A stretch of 64,000 nt of DNA from assembly GCA_038087875.1 (NCBI GenBank), contig CM075988.1, positions 3,658,001 to 3,722,000 on the forward strand, written 5' to 3'. Positions 24,753 through 38,304 of this stretch are shown one piece after another. Origin of the DNA: Malacoraja senta. Taxonomy: Eukaryota. The translations under genes were made by a program, and so were the position numbers. Position 1 is the stretch's first letter; the number at the start of each line of letters is the position of its first letter. The notes below the pieces were generated by a model. The model was not told the origin of the DNA and made no database searches. It was given only the letters and a program-made list of their open reading frames with translations.

Positions 24753-25058
24753 TCGAATGGTGATCCGACACCTTCTTTAATCTGGACAAAATTACAAGAG
24801 TGCATTTAAAATCCCCCTCGGAAGTCCCCCCAAAATTGTGGGTCGGCTGCCGATCACCAGCTCATCGGGACATCTGCGGCTCATCAGCAGATCGGATTTG
24901 CCCCCTGTGGCCGAGGCTCTGGATGATCCGGCAAATCCGTTCCCAGAGCCGACTTCCGCGGCCAACTTTGCAGGTCGATATCTTGGCTCTTTGGCGGACT
25001 AGGTGGACTGTTCCAGTACCGTTGGACTCCTCTCAAAGCCTGAGACTTCTGTTGGTTC

Positions 25059-25258
25059 NNNNNNNNNNNNNNNNNNNNNNNNNNNNNNNNNNNNNNNNNN
25101 NNNNNNNNNNNNNNNNNNNNNNNNNNNNNNNNNNNNNNNNNNNNNNNNNNNNNNNNNNNNNNNNNNNNNNNNNNNNNNNNNNNNNNNNNNNNNNNNNNNN
25201 NNNNNNNNNNNNNNNNNNNNNNNNNNNNNNNNNNNNNNNNNNNNNNNNNNNNNNNNNN
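25059..25258. other. Assembly gap (200 N)
   Basis: Run of exactly 200 n, probably a scaffolding placeholder of unknown true size. Confidence 0.99.
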
Positions 25259-25679
25259 GCTCCTATCACTTTTGAACATGAACAATCTTAACCAGGGACA
25301 CAATTAATAGTGGGCACCAGGTTTAATCCTGATTTCAGATGCTGTCTGTGTGGAATTTGCACGTTCTCCCCTTATGATAATGTGAGTTTCCCCCAAGAGC
25401 TCCGGTTTCCTCCCACGTACCAAAGACGTGCGGGAGGCCTCTGTAGATTGATGGTGGGCGCAAAATGCTGGAGTAAATCAGCGGGACAGGCAGCATCTCT
25501 GGAGAGAAGGAATGGGGGAGAAAGAAGGAATCTGTAAACTGTTGCCTCTGTAGATGGGTGGTTCAACTGATGAGAATGTGACAGACTTGTTGTGTGACTC
25601 CGTGTTGCAGAGAGAGTGGGGAAAGGGATAGGGCAAGAGAAATAGCTGTCATAAGGCGGAGGGATACTTCCTCTGCCAC

Positions 25680-26056
25680 TCTGCACACTACCCACATGTA
25701 AACAACTTGCACACGCATTGCACACCCTACCTGCAAGCTCATCACATATACGCACCCTACAAAGATTCGATGTCCACACTGTCGGCACACACTTACTGCA
25801 CACAACCTGCACATTCTTGCCACACACATTCACAGCATATACACAGAACACACTTCCCACACACTCATTGCTCCCACTCTGTACATTAATTGCATACTCT
25901 GCACATGCATTGCACCAACATTGCACACTAGTTGCACACCTCTGCACACTCATTGCACATTTGTTACTCTGTGCCTCTGTACACTCATTGCACGTACTCC
26001 ATATACTGTACACCTGCTGTCCACATCCCCTGAACACACACATTCACTGTTACACA
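25680..26056. repeat. CA-rich low-complexity repeat
   Basis: Recurrent tgcacac / cacactcattgc motifs; continues at ~26458-26525 after the retroelement insertion. Confidence 0.85.
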
Positions 26057-26061
26057 GAATC

Positions 26062-26455
26062 GGTTGGTGGGGGCACTGCGAGACGGCTGGGATCCCTCGT
26101 TGGGGACCCCAGAGGAAAAGAGCTCCGACTGCCGGCCTGCGGCCTACAACATCTTGAAGCCGGGGTCTCTGGTAGGGAAGCACCAATTCGGGACTTACCT
26201 TCCAGACGAGAGGGCTTGTACATCTGGCCGCCCGCAGCGGCGATTGCGGAGGTTTGTGGTCCTGACCACGGGGAAAAATAGAGGAGGACTGACTGAACTT
26301 TGTGCCTTCCACCACAGTGGATGAATGCTGTGGTGATTGTTTTTATGTTAAATTTTTATTGTGTATTGTGTGTTCTTTTTTATGGTACTGCTGCTGGCAA
26401 ATTCATTTCACTGCACTTCATTGTGTATGTGACGAATAAATCTGACTATTGACTA
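26062..26455 (+). mobile_element. Same GC-rich retroelement family with Rex1-like tail
   Basis: Shared core actttgtgccttcc.ccacagtgg; tail atttcactgcac...gtgacgaataaa. Confidence 0.6.
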
Positions 26456-28279
26456 TCCATACACCCTCGTGCACACACTAAATTCACACACTCACTGCAC
26501 ACACCTGCTACACACACTCCCTCACGAGGCCTGATCTGCAATCACACTTTAAACTGTAATGACCAGGAAATTTGGAACAATCCGGGACAGGGAGCAGAGT
26601 GCAGATTTATTAGATGCAAAAACACTTACTAAAAATATGTAAAGCCAAAGAATTATGACTTATACCTTGATGATATGAAGCAAAGAGGTTGTGATGGTGG
26701 GCCGAGAGATCGTTGAATAACCCACACTCAAAGAGAGCACTTCAGGAATTATAAATGATGTTGCCAGCCTCCTGGCAGAGAAGGATGAAAAAAGCAATCA
26801 GCGTTTAACAAGGAAACGCTGTGAGAAAGGCAGACATTCGGAAACAGAATAATGAGAGGGCATTGTGTGGCTCTGTTTGGGGACCAGACTCAATGATGGA
26901 AGAGATTTGGAACATTACAAGGTGCCTAAGCAGAGAATTTGATTCTGTATTGTGCTCTTGACAAAGAACATCATACTCCCTCTTGAGTAGCAAATGGCAA
27001 CAAAATGTAGAGGTTGTTTAAAGTCAAAATGGGTCGAGTCTAAAAAGTGCTCGGTTTGTTCTGGATGTTGACAGCGCTGCCCAGGGTTTTCCAGGGTATT
27101 GCAGTGGATGTTAGAATGGTCAGAGGAAGGGTCCCGACCCAAACCATCACCTTTCTTCCAAAGATGCTGCCTGACTCTTTGAATTACTCCAGCACTTTGC
27201 GCTATAGAGTCGTAGAGTCACACTGCATGGAAACAGGACCCATCTCATTACTGCCGACCAAGATGCTCCATCTAAGCTTGTCCCATGTGAATGAATGAAT
27301 GAATGAATACTTTATTGTCACCATGTGCCCGCATTTGGCCCATATCCTTCTAAACTTTTCCCTATCCATCCTCCTGTCCTAGTGCCTAATCGGTCCTGTT
27401 ATGGTACCTGCCTCAACCACCTGCACTGGCAGCTTGTTCCGCATATCCACGTCCTGGAGCGTTCTGCAGCGGGGGAGGGAGACGGCTTCAGGCGGGGGCT
27501 GTTGGGGGCCGGTGGGGAGGGGGGAGAGCGTCCTGCAGCCGGGAGAGGGGGACGTTGCTCCATCAGGTTCCTGTTAAATCTTCCCCCTCTCACCTTAAAC
27601 CTATGTTTTCTTACTTTTAGTTTTAGAGAGTGTGCGAAAATAGGCCATTCCGCCCACTGAGTCCACACCAACCAGCGATCCCCTGCACATTAACACTATT
27701 CTGCATGCACCAGGGACAATTTACACATACCAAGCCTTTTAACCTACAAACCCGTATGTCTTTGGAGTGTGGGAGGAAACCGAAGATCTTGGAGAAAACA
27801 CATGTGGTCATGGGGAGAATGTACAGACAGAACCCGTAGCCAGGATTGAACCCGGGTCTCAGGCTCTGTAAGCACTGTAAGCAACTCTACCGTTTTGTCA
27901 CCGTGCCGCCCAATGTCCCATGCAAGATTGCAGCATCTGTAGTTCCTTATGCCTACAGTGGATGGTTTCAAGTAGCTTACTGAGGGCTGAGATAGTCCAA
28001 GACCATAGGGGAGAGCCACCTGTATATAGTCAAATCCAGGGATCGGCAGCATACTGGTGTAAGATGACGGGAGATATCGGTGGCACGAGGAAAAACCTTT
28101 GTACACTGTCAGTGGTTAGCATCTGGAATGCATTGGCCTTACAGGCTGCTAGAGACAGATTCAATTCTGGATGATCGATGTGGATTCAATGGGCTGAAGG
28201 ATTTGTTCCATACTGTATCTTGTCATGACTTCTGTGACATTGTGATGGAAAGATTCAACCTAATCTCAGGAAATAGTGA

Positions 28280-28790
28280 GAAAGGATGTGCTGGCTCTGG
28301 AGAGGGTCCAGAGGAGGTTACGAGAATGATCCCAGGAATGATCGGGTTAACATATGATGAGTGTTTGACGGCACTGGGCCTGTACTCACTGGAGTTCAGA
28401 AGAATGAGGGGGACCTCATTGAAAATTACCGAGTAGTGAAAGGTCTGGATAGAGTGAATGTGGAGAGGATGTTTCCACTAGTGATGAGTTTGGGACCAGA
28501 GGCCATAGCCTCAGAATAAAAGGATGTCCCTTTAGAAAGGAGATGAGGAGGAATTTCTTTAGTCACAGGGTGGTGAATCTGTGGAATTATTTGCCACAAA
28601 TGGCTGTGGAGGCCAAGTCAATGGATATTTTGAAGGCAAAGATTGACAGGTTCTTGATTAGTACAAGTGTCAGGGGTTATGCGGAGAAGGCAGGAGAATG
28701 GGGTTGAGAGGGGAAAGATCAGCCATGATTGAATGGTGGAGTAGTCTTGATGGACTGAATGGCCTAATTCTGCTCCTGGAACTTATGAAC
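28280..28790 (+). mobile_element. CR1 3' fragment
   Basis: TRMIPGMIGLTYDE...LYSLEFRRMRG plus CR1 3' UTR. Confidence 0.85.
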
Positions 28791-29109
28791 GTATGAAGTG
28801 TACTAGGCACTCCTGATCGGGCTGTAGACCACAAATGTACGACACGTCTACACAAGCTGTCTACTCGCACCAGGGAATGGGCAGCTTCTTCCTGAGAGAG
28901 GGAGCGAGGCTGAAGAATGATGGAGGAGATCAGGGACCATGTGCAGAAATGTAGGACTTGTTGATCTACAGAAAGGAACCGACGAGAGGAAATGCTTCAC
29001 TCGCTTCATGTCCCAGAGAGTTGGGCTGGTTCTGTTGAACCTCCAGGGGAACATGCGTCTGGTGACCTGGGACTACTCTTAAAGTATTCATGAGGTAGCC
29101 GTGAGGTGC

Positions 29110-30110
29110 CACTGACTAGTGGCACTAATGGCCTTGGTGATGAAAAGCTTTGAGAGATTTGCTTATGGTGCATAACAACTCCTACCTCAACAAGATTCTC
29201 GACGCATTACAATTTGCTACCACCACAACTTTTCAACGGAGGATACGCTCTCACTGGCTCTCCACTCTGCACTGGACCACTTGGACAATAAAAACACATA
29301 CATCAGGCTGTTGTTGATAGACTACAGCTCGGCGATCAATACCATCATCCCCTCAAAGCTGGTTACCAAGCTCATGGAACTGGATCTCTGCGCATCCCTC
29401 TGTAACTGGATCCTTTGACTTCCTCATCAACAGACCATAATCTGTACGAATCGGCAGCGACACATTACTCCTCGATAACAATCAGCACAGGGGCACCTCA
29501 AGACCGTGTGCTCAGCCCCGTGCTCTACTCACTCTATACTCACTACTGTGTAGCCGGGCACAGTTCCAGCTCCATCTTCAAATTTGCTGACGACACCGCC
29601 GTTGTTGGACGAATTGACAATGAGCTAGAGTGTCGGAGGGAGATAGATCGACTGACTAAATGGTGCCAGAACAACAGAACGATAAAACACCAACAGAACA
29701 ACGTCGGTAAAACCAAGGAACTGATTGTTGACTTTGGAAGAAGAAGGTCGAGGATCCACAAACATGTCTTCATCAACAGGACAGTTGTGGAGGGAGTCAA
29801 AAACTTCTAAATGGTGGGCGTGCATATCTATGAAGATCTTCCCTGGACCCAGTGCACTGATGTAATCACAAGGAAAGCCCGTCAACACCTCTACTTCATC
29901 AGCAGATTGAGGAGATTTGGTATGTGAATGAATACTCTCTTGAACCCCTCCAGCTGTAGAGTAGAGAGCGTACTGACTGGTCGCATCACCGCCTGGTTAA
30001 GCAATTCAAATGCCCAGGAATGCAAAAAAGTGGTGAACACTGCCCAGTCCATCATGGGTACTGACCTCCACACCATCGAAGGGATCTACAAGAATCACTG
30101 CCTCAATAAT
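29110..30110 (+). mobile_element. Degraded Rex1/Babar LINE
   Basis: Frameshifted RT motifs STGAPQDRVLSP and FKFADD. Confidence 0.85.
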
Positions 30111-30471
30111 ATAGACAATAGACAATAGACAATAGGTGCAGGAGTAGGACATTCGGCCCTTCGAGCCAGCACCGCCATTCCATGTGATCACGGCTGATCA
30201 TCCCCAATCAGTACCCCGTTCCTGCCTTCTCCCCATATCCCCTGACTCCGCTATCTTTTAATATATATTATCTGTTGTGCTGCCGTCAGTAAAATTCATT
30301 GTTCTGTTTCAGAACCAGTGACAATAAAAGACTCTTGACTCTTGACTCAGAAGTTGCGCACACATTGACGGTCATTCACAAGTTCAAAGGACAGATTCCC
30401 ACATGGACCATTCGTGAGGTGTTGACCCCAAATAACCAACAGTGGTTCACAGTGGACAACTTTGTGATGTT

Positions 30472-32800
30472 ATAGAGTCATAGAGTGATACAGTGTGGAA
30501 ACAGGCCCTTCGGCCCAACATGCCAACACCAGCCAACTTATCCTAGCTTCACTTGTCCCACCTGCCTACGTTTGGTCCATATCCCTCCAAACTTGTCCAA
30601 TCCATGTTTCTGTCTAACTGTTTCTTAAACGTTGGGACAGTCCCAACCTCAACTACCTCCTCTGGCAGCTTGTTCCATACACCCACCACCCTTTGTGTGA
30701 AAAGGTTACCCCTCAGATTCCCATTAAATCCTTTCCCCTTCACCTTGAACCTATGTCCTCGTGTCATCGATTCCCCTACTCCGGGCAAAAGATTCTGTGC
30801 AACACCTTTCATGATCTTATACAACTCTATACGATCACCCCTCATCCTCCTGGCGCTCCAAGGAATAGAGATCCAACCTACTCAACCTCTCCTTATAGCT
30901 CACACCCTCTAGTCCTGGCAACATCCTCGTAAATCTTTTCGGAACCTTTTCAAGCTTGACAATTTCTTTCTTATAACATGGTGCCCAGTAATTAAAACGT
31001 TTGGAGATATGTATGATAATGGACGTTTTTTTTAACATTTCACCAACTACAACTTAAATACAACTTGAGTAATAATCAATATTTTAAATACTTTCAAATA
31101 CGTGACTATTTGAAAAAATATACACGAGAATATCAAAATATGTCTCCTGACCTATTAGATGAGATAATGAATATTGAATTGAATTAAACTTTATTAATCC
31201 ACTTATTCAGGGGAAATTCAGATGTCCTTGCAGCACACTAATAAAATACAACATAGTATTAAAAAGAAGTTCACCACCAAAATACAAAAACATCCCCCCA
31301 CAGTGGTTCCCACCGTGGGGGAAGGCACAAAGTCCAGTCCCCATCCTCTTGTCCACCCAGAGTCGGGCCCACTGAGGCCTCCACAGTCGCCGCCACGGCG
31401 CCCGATGTTCTCGCCGGGTGATGGTGCTCTGGCATCGGGAGAACCCCCAGCGGCTTGGGGTACCAGGAACGAAAGCCAGCGGAATCAGCTAATTTAATAT
31501 CATACCTGTATAATTCCATTTTATACATAGAAATTCCATCATCTGACGGGATTAGAAGAGAATGGGAACAGGAACTAGCTATAAAAATCTCGAAAGAGAG
31601 TTGGGATAAACACCTGTTATATGTGCATAAATGCTCGATTAACGTAAGACATTAATTCAATTTTAAAATTTTACATAGATTATACTATTCGAAAGCTAAA
31701 TTAAGTAAATTTTACCCAAATACCTCTTCTATCTGTGATAAATGCCTAACCCAAGAAGCAACTATAGCACATTCTTTTGTTTTTTGTATAAAGATCCAAA
31801 AGTTTTGGAATGAAATTTTTGAAATTTTCACTAAATTATTTAAAATAAAACTGAAACCGAATGCAGAACTGATTATTTTTGGAACAATAGAAGCAAGTTT
31901 GGAGCTGACCGTTTCAAAGGAGCTTTCTTAATTATGGCTTAATAACGGCAAAAAAACATATACTGAAAGTTTGGAAAAACGCTCCCACGCCAACGATCAA
32001 AATGTGGACTTCTAATATGTCAGAATTGTTACACCTAGAAGATATGAGATTCCTCTTAGCAGGTAAACCAGACCAATTCCAAAAGATTTGGTCTCCATTT
32101 ATTGACTTATTACAAACATAGGGTGCAACAAAATGTTGATAATAAATAGTTTCAGGACCTGGCGAGGGGTGAGTAAAGATATGAAGTAGGCACATCCCTT
32201 TCATATTGTCCTATCTTATCTTATTTTTTCTTTTTTTCTTTTTCCTCTTTTTGGTTTTTCTCTTTTTTTTTCTTTTTTTTAAACTATTTCTTGTGGTTTA
32301 GGTCCATATGGGTGTTCCTGGACCACTCTTTCAATCACTCACTTACTATCTTTACTAACTCTTTCTATCCTTTTCTCTTATTAAAGTTTAAAATAAGAAG
32401 TGGTACAAAAAAAGTATAAACTTACGTTATTGCAGATTACTGTAATGTACAATATTTCTAATAAAATTAAAAATTAAAAAACAAACAAAAAACAAACAAA
32501 AAATAAAACATGGTGCCCAGAACTGAACATAATATTCTAAATGCGGTCTCACCAACATCATAAAGAACTGCAACATGACCTCCAAACTTCTATACTCAAT
32601 ACTCTGAATGATGAAGGCCAATGTGCCAAAAGCCTTTTTGACCATCTTATCTACCTGCGACTCGACCTTCAAGGAACCATGCACCTGTACTCCAAGATCC
32701 CTCTGCTCTACAACACTACCCAGCGGCCTACCATTTACTGTGCAGGTCCTGCCCTTGTTAGACGTCCCAAAATGCAACATCTCACACTTCCTCCAATCAA
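30472..32800 (-). mobile_element. CR1 fragment split by an L1 insertion
   Basis: CR1 ORF2 pieces at 30549-30988 and 32507-32790 rejoin across the L1 TSD. The same CR1 3' end recurs at ~11150-11445, 12545-12885, 39088-39440 and 49147-49470. Confidence 0.85.
30989..32506 (+). mobile_element. L1-clade LINE 3' fragment with 14-bp TSD
   Basis: Encodes YFKYFQIRDYL, WEQEL, QFKILHRLYY and C..C..H..C (L1 ORF2 C-terminus); AATAAA and A-rich tail; aacatggtgcccag duplicated at 30975-30988 and 32507-32520. Confidence 0.88.
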
Positions 32801-32843
32801 GGATTGCAGTCTGTTTCCTTGACGGCACATATGACAATTAAAC

Positions 32844-34417
32844 TAGCGATGTTACAATACTTACCTTCAGCGGCGCTGCAGTTCTGCCACTGGCTGTGTG
32901 CGCGACTTTGGCGCCTTTGAGGGGGGGGGGGTGGGATTAAAAGGCTGTTTTCTCCTGCCTGTCCGAGATGAATTTCCTCGGCCTGTCAGCTGATGCAGAA
33001 AAATCGTTCCAACTTCCGTTCTCGGAAGTTAAAAAAAAAAATCGCGGGACAATTTAATCGCTGGAGTAAAATTAAAAAAGCGACTTCTAAAGCCCTCAAC
33101 GCCTACAATGGGACGGATCTCACATAGGGGACAAAACACGGGGTAAGTCGTCTATTTTACATATAAACTTGCTTCTTAGGATGACTTTAATCAAAATGTC
33201 CTTGGCGAAAATGTGATTTTGGCCCCATACGAACCGGCAGTGTTTTTCCTGCCGATATGGGGTTCAAATTCACTGCAACCGCAACGTTCCAAACGATCGC
33301 GTTCCACAAAAACCCACTCGCAAGATGATTTAAAAGACCATTAATTTACAGGAATTAAACATTAAATTCCTTCCATTTGGCCTATAAATTCATGACAATG
33401 AGATTTAAAAATCATGTTATCTTGTGAATTCTTGTGTGAATGTTATTTGGACACTTAGGCTATTTAAACATGTTAACCTTTTCTTAAGAAATGGATAGAT
33501 GTTTAGATCTAGTAATTGAATTTTGTAAATAGCTACAATTAGGTAACTAATGGCTCTGTCCCACGGGTTTGCGGTCGTTGGCGGTGAAGCGTGGCGTCGC
33601 CGGAAGAGGGGACCGCACGGCAACCACGAGAGCGCCGCACGGATGCTGCGCGGGGGGCCAAGTACAGCCGGTTCCACGAGCTTACGGTTTCGGCTGATGA
33701 CGTCTTTCGGATCGCGGGGCTGTGGCGGCGGCCGTGCCGCACACGTACCTCACTGGCGGCGGCTGTGGCGGCGGCCGTGCCGCACACGTGCCTCGCTGGC
33801 GGAGGCTGTGGCGGTGCAGGTTCGACTCACGGTGCTCGTGCTGCACTGGCGGCGGCTGTGGCGGTGACCGTGCCGCACTTGTGCCTCACTGGCGGCGGCT
33901 GTGCGGTAGGAACATATTTTTGGACAGTGTTGTTTTTTTTTTAGCAACGTGCGGTGTTGGGAACAACGCCGCACGGACCCGGCACTGTGCGTTTGACCGA
34001 GCCCGCGGTCTCTGGCGACCCAGGAGCGGTAGATAGTTCCTGTTTCGCCGCCAATGACCGCAGACTCGTGAGACATGCCTTTAACTAATTATATGCTTTA
34101 ATTTCAGGTCATCCAAGTAAGATTGTTTCATATTTGTTTCAGAATGCTTCAATCTATAATAACTGAACATTTCTTTTAGTTCTCTTAATTTTTAAGAAAG
34201 TTATGGGCTTTTGACTGTCCTCGATCACAGCTTTTGTGTTAAGTCAATGGAAAAGTAATTGGGAACAAGATGCTAATTTCCGAGTATTAAAATGGCCATA
34301 ACTTTTTTAATACTGAAGATATCAAAGTGAATTAGGTGTCAAATTAAACTTCTTTTTATCTGATGGGATAAATTGCAGACTTGATTTTTTAAATCTCAAA
34401 ATTTTGTGACATTTGTA
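32844..34417. mobile_element. Non-autonomous DNA transposon with 7-bp TSD (copy 2, with nested MITE)
   Basis: tagcgatgttacaa ... ttgtgacatttgta; attaaac duplicated at 32837-32843 and 34418-34424. Confidence 0.8.
33551..34081. mobile_element. Harbinger-type MITE nested in the 7-bp-TSD element
   Basis: TAA TSD at 33548-33550 and 34082-34084. Removing it restores aggtaactaactaatt as in the empty copy near 6407-6421. Internal GC-rich ~45-bp repeats. Confidence 0.85.
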
Positions 34418-34876
34418 ATTAAACACTCTTGACTCTTGATGTCGACCAGTGATTAATGATCAGAGACCAGCTACAATTCCCATTAATGTGACACGTAGGA
34501 ATCTCCACCTCCCATCCATTTAAAGCTGTCAATTCTGTATTGGTATTACAGCGATGACATGGGGGAGGGCGGCCATCTCAAATGTCTTCCAAATCAAGAA
34601 TGTTTCTTTCCCCTCAAACGATTAGACAACAGATGCTGTTTCCGGCCTCATTTAATCTGATTTTCCAAATTTTCATGGAAGTGTGTGAGAGTTTCAAGGA
34701 AAAGTTTGAATAAAAATGATATATTCCCTAGATAGACATAAAAAAATATTGGAGTAACTCAGAAGGTCAGGCAGCATCTTTGGAGATAAGGAATAGGTGA
34801 CGTTTTGGGGCGGAACCTGAGGAAGGCAGGAAGTAACTTGATCTGCTGAGTTACTCCAGCATATTGCGTCTATCTA

Positions 34877-36870
34877 CAAATTAGCCAGAAAAAGCAGCAT
34901 ACCAGAGGACTGGGAGAAATTCAGAGACCAGCAGAGGAGGACAAAGGGCTTAATTAGGAAAGGGTAAATAGATTATGAAAGAAAACTGGCAGGGAACATA
35001 AAAACTGACTGCAAAAGTTTTTATAGATATGTGAAGAGAAAGAGATTAGTTAAAACAAATGTAGGTCCCTTGCAGTCAGAAACAGGTGAATTGATCATGG
35101 GGAACAAGGATATGGCGGACCAATTGAATAACTACTTTGGTTCCGTCTTCACTAAGGAAGACATAAATAATCTGCCGGAAATAGCAGGGGGCCGCGGGTC
35201 AAAGGAGATGGAGGAACTGAGTGAAATCCAGGTTAGTCGGGAAGTGGTGTTGGGTAAATTGAATGGATTAAAGGCCGATAAATCACCAGGGCCAGATAGG
35301 CTGCATCCCAGAGTACTTAAGGAAGTAGCTCCAGAAATAGTGGATGCATTAGTGATAATTTTTCAAAACTCTTTAGATTCTGGAGTAGTTCCTGAGGATT
35401 GGAGGGTAGCAAACGTAACCCCACTTTTTAAGAAGGGAGGGAGAGAGAAAACGGGGAATTACAGACCAGTTAGTCTAACATCGGTAGTGGGGAAACTGCT
35501 AGAGTCAGTTATTAAAGATGGGATAGCAGAACATTTGGAAAGTGGTGAAATCATTGGACAAAGTCAGCATGGATTTACGAAAGGTAAATCGTGTCTGACG
35601 AATCTTATAGAATATTTCGAGGATGTAACTAGTAGAGTGGATAGGGGAGAACCAGTGGATGTGTTGTATCTGGACTTTCAGAAGGCTTTCGACAAGGTAC
35701 CACATAAGAGATTAGGATACAAACTTAAATCACACGGTATTGGGGGTTCAGTATTGATGTGGATAGAGAACTGGCTGGCAAACAGGAAGCAAAGAGTAGG
35801 GGTAAACGGGTCCTTTTCACAATGGCAGGCAGTGACTAGTGGGGTACCGCAAGGCTCAGTGCTGGGACCCCAGCTATTTACAATTTATATTAATGATCTG
35901 GACGAGGGAATTGAAAGCAACATCTCCAAGTTTGCGGATGACACTAAGCTGGGGGGCAGTGTTAGCTGTGAGGAGGATGCTAGGAGACTGCAAGGTGACT
36001 TGGATAGGCTGGGTGAGTGGGCAAATGTTTGGCAGATGCAGTATAATGTGGATAAATGTGAGGTTATCCACTTTGGTGGCAAAAACGGGAAGGCAGACTA
36101 TTATCTAAATGGTGGCCGATTAGGAAATGGGGAGATGCAGCGAGACCTGGGTGTCATGGTACACCAGTCATTGAAAGTAGGCATGCAGGTGCAGCAGGCA
36201 GTGAAGAAAGCGAATGGTATGTTGGCCTTCATTGCAAGAGGATTTGAGTATAGGAGCAGGGAGGTTCTACTGCAGTTGTACAGGGTCTTGGTGAGACCAC
36301 ACCTGGAGTATTGCGTACAGTTTTGGACTCCAAATCTGAGGAAGGACATTATAGCCATAGAGGGAGTGCAGAGAAGGTTCACCAGACTGATTCCTGGGAT
36401 GTCAGGACTTTCATATGAAGAAAGACTGGATAGACTTGGCTTATACTCGCTAGAATTTAGGAGATTGAGAGGGGATCTTATAGAAACGTACAAAATTCTT
36501 ATGGGGTTGGACAGGCTAGATGCAGGAAGATTGTTCCCGATGTTGGGGAAGTCCAGGACAAGGGGTCACAGCTTAAGGATAAGGGGGAAATCCTTTAAGA
36601 CCGAGATGAGGAAAAACTTTTTCACACAGAGAGTGGTGAATCTCTGGAACTCTCTGCCACAGAGGGTAGTTGAGGCCAGTTCATTGGCTATATTTAAGAG
36701 GGAGTTAGATGTGGCCCTTGTGGCTAAAGGGATCAGGGGGTATGGAGAGAAGGCAGGTACGGGATACTGAGTTGGATGATCAGCCATGATCATATTGAAT
36801 GGCGGTGCAGGCTCGAAGGGCCGAATGGCCTACTCCTGCACCTATTTTCTATGTATCTATGTATCTATGT
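34877..36870 (+). mobile_element. CR1-clade LINE, 5'-truncated, 579-codon uninterrupted ORF2 segment
   Basis: KSPGPD, NYRPVSLTS, LDFQKAFDKVPH, GVPQGSVLGP and KFADD motifs; CR1 3' UTR and (TATGTATC)n tail. Confidence 0.93.
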
Positions 36871-37267
36871 AAAGCATCATCTGCAGTTTCTTCCTTCACA
36901 AAATATTCCCTCGTTGTTTAACTCTGACAACTGCTTGTGTATACGGTATGTTGGCAAAGTCAAAATAGAATTATGTTTGAATTAAAAGATGATAGCATGT
37001 TGTGAATTAAAAGCCTTTTATTCTAATTAAAAGCTCCAATTATCGATCAGGCTTGTAAACATCTGAGCTCTGAGGAAAAAAACCTTGCTTTGATTCAGTC
37101 ACGGCTAAGAACTGCGTTTATGAGAACGCCAATCAAACTGAATGGCCCTACGTAGCACCAGCTGGAACAGTTACTAACACTCATTTGGTTACTGAGTTCT
37201 GCTCAGTCAGAGTAATGACCACGGTAGACTGGTTTGTGAGCAAATGTTGCTGACTAAATCAAGTAAT

Positions 37268-37490
37268 TTCACTGGCTCTCCACTCTGCATTGGACCACTT
37301 GGACAATAAAAACACCTACGTCAGGCTGTTGTTTATAGACTACAGCTTGGTGTTTAATACCATCATCCCTTCCAAGCTGGTTACCAAGCTCATGGAACTC
37401 GGCCTCTGCGCATCCGTCTGCAATTGGATCCTCGACATCCTCATCCACAGACCACAGTCTGTTTGAATTGGAGGAACCACTTCATCCTCC
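37268..37490 (+). mobile_element. Rex1/Babar RT fragment
   Basis: Homologous to ~29250-29470 (encodes [20 protein letters not shown]). Confidence 0.75.
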
Positions 37491-38153
37491 CACACTCCAA
37501 AGACAAACAGGTTTGAAGGTTAATTGGCTTGGTATAAAATGTAAGTGAATGTCGGATAGTGTTAATGTGCGGGGATCGCTGGTCGGTGTGGACTCGGTGG
37601 GCTGAAGGGCCTGTTTCCACGCTGTAGCTCTAAACTAAACTAAACTAAACTAAACTAAACTAAACTAAACTAATATGTCCCATAACAAGCATCTGTTGGC
37701 CTTGTGGCAGCACAACAGATACTGTATGTAAATGTAGTATTCAGTAAACACCAGAATAAACACCAACAACTTCAGTATATATATGCCCCTGAACCTGGAC
37801 TGCAGTTTTCAGGCTCCTGTACATTCTTCCCAATGGCAGGAGTGAAATGAGAGTTGAGGCTGAGACTATCACAACATTTAGGAAGCATTTAGACAGGTAC
37901 ATGGATAGGACAGGTTTAGAGAGATATGGACCAAATGCAGGCAGTTGGGACTAGTATAAATGGGACATGTTGGTCGGTGTTGGGCCAAAGGACTTGTTTC
38001 CATGCTGTATGATTATACATTTTGTACACTCTGGTGCTGGGCTGAAGTCCAGCTGGTGGAGTGACCATGGTCAGAATCATCAATGCACACTGAAAATGGG
38101 ACAAAACACAAGAAAGTTGGAATGAAAGGCTTTGAGTGGAAGAGGCAACTTAC

Positions 38154-38304
38154 GTTGGATATCGATGGTGACCTCGGCCTCTCTCCCCTCTGGGACTGCC
38201 GCATTCTTCGCTCTACAAATGATACGCTGGCCGTTTTCAATTTCGGATGGTGGGATATGGAGGCTGCTGCTGATGCTCTCTCGTTTGCCATCCTTCAGGA
38301 GCCT
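38154..38304 (-). CDS. KIRREL3: KIRREL3-like coding exon (equivalent to exon 6; second half of Ig2)
   Basis: Not in the ORF track in this frame. Minus strand: ctcccacAG|AGG CTC CTG AAG GAT GGC...GAT ATC CAA C|GTaagt, 151 bp, phase 0 to 1. Encodes [50 protein letters not shown] and is in frame with the upstream exon. Confidence 0.9.

Noticed and set aside
24752..25058. Unexplained GC-rich sequence after a Harbinger fragment, possibly a third cargo-bearing element
   Set aside because: Runs into the N gap; no second TIR or TSD visible, so it cannot be supported.
25372..26281. Cys/Val- and His/Thr-rich ORFs of 187-223 aa
   Set aside because: Translations of CA/TG low-complexity repeat.
38013..38089. 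Strong minus-strand acceptor (ttttgtcccattttcag) about 64 bp after the donor at 38153
   Set aside because: In phase it reads [29 protein letters not shown] with no KIRREL similarity; likely a chance site.
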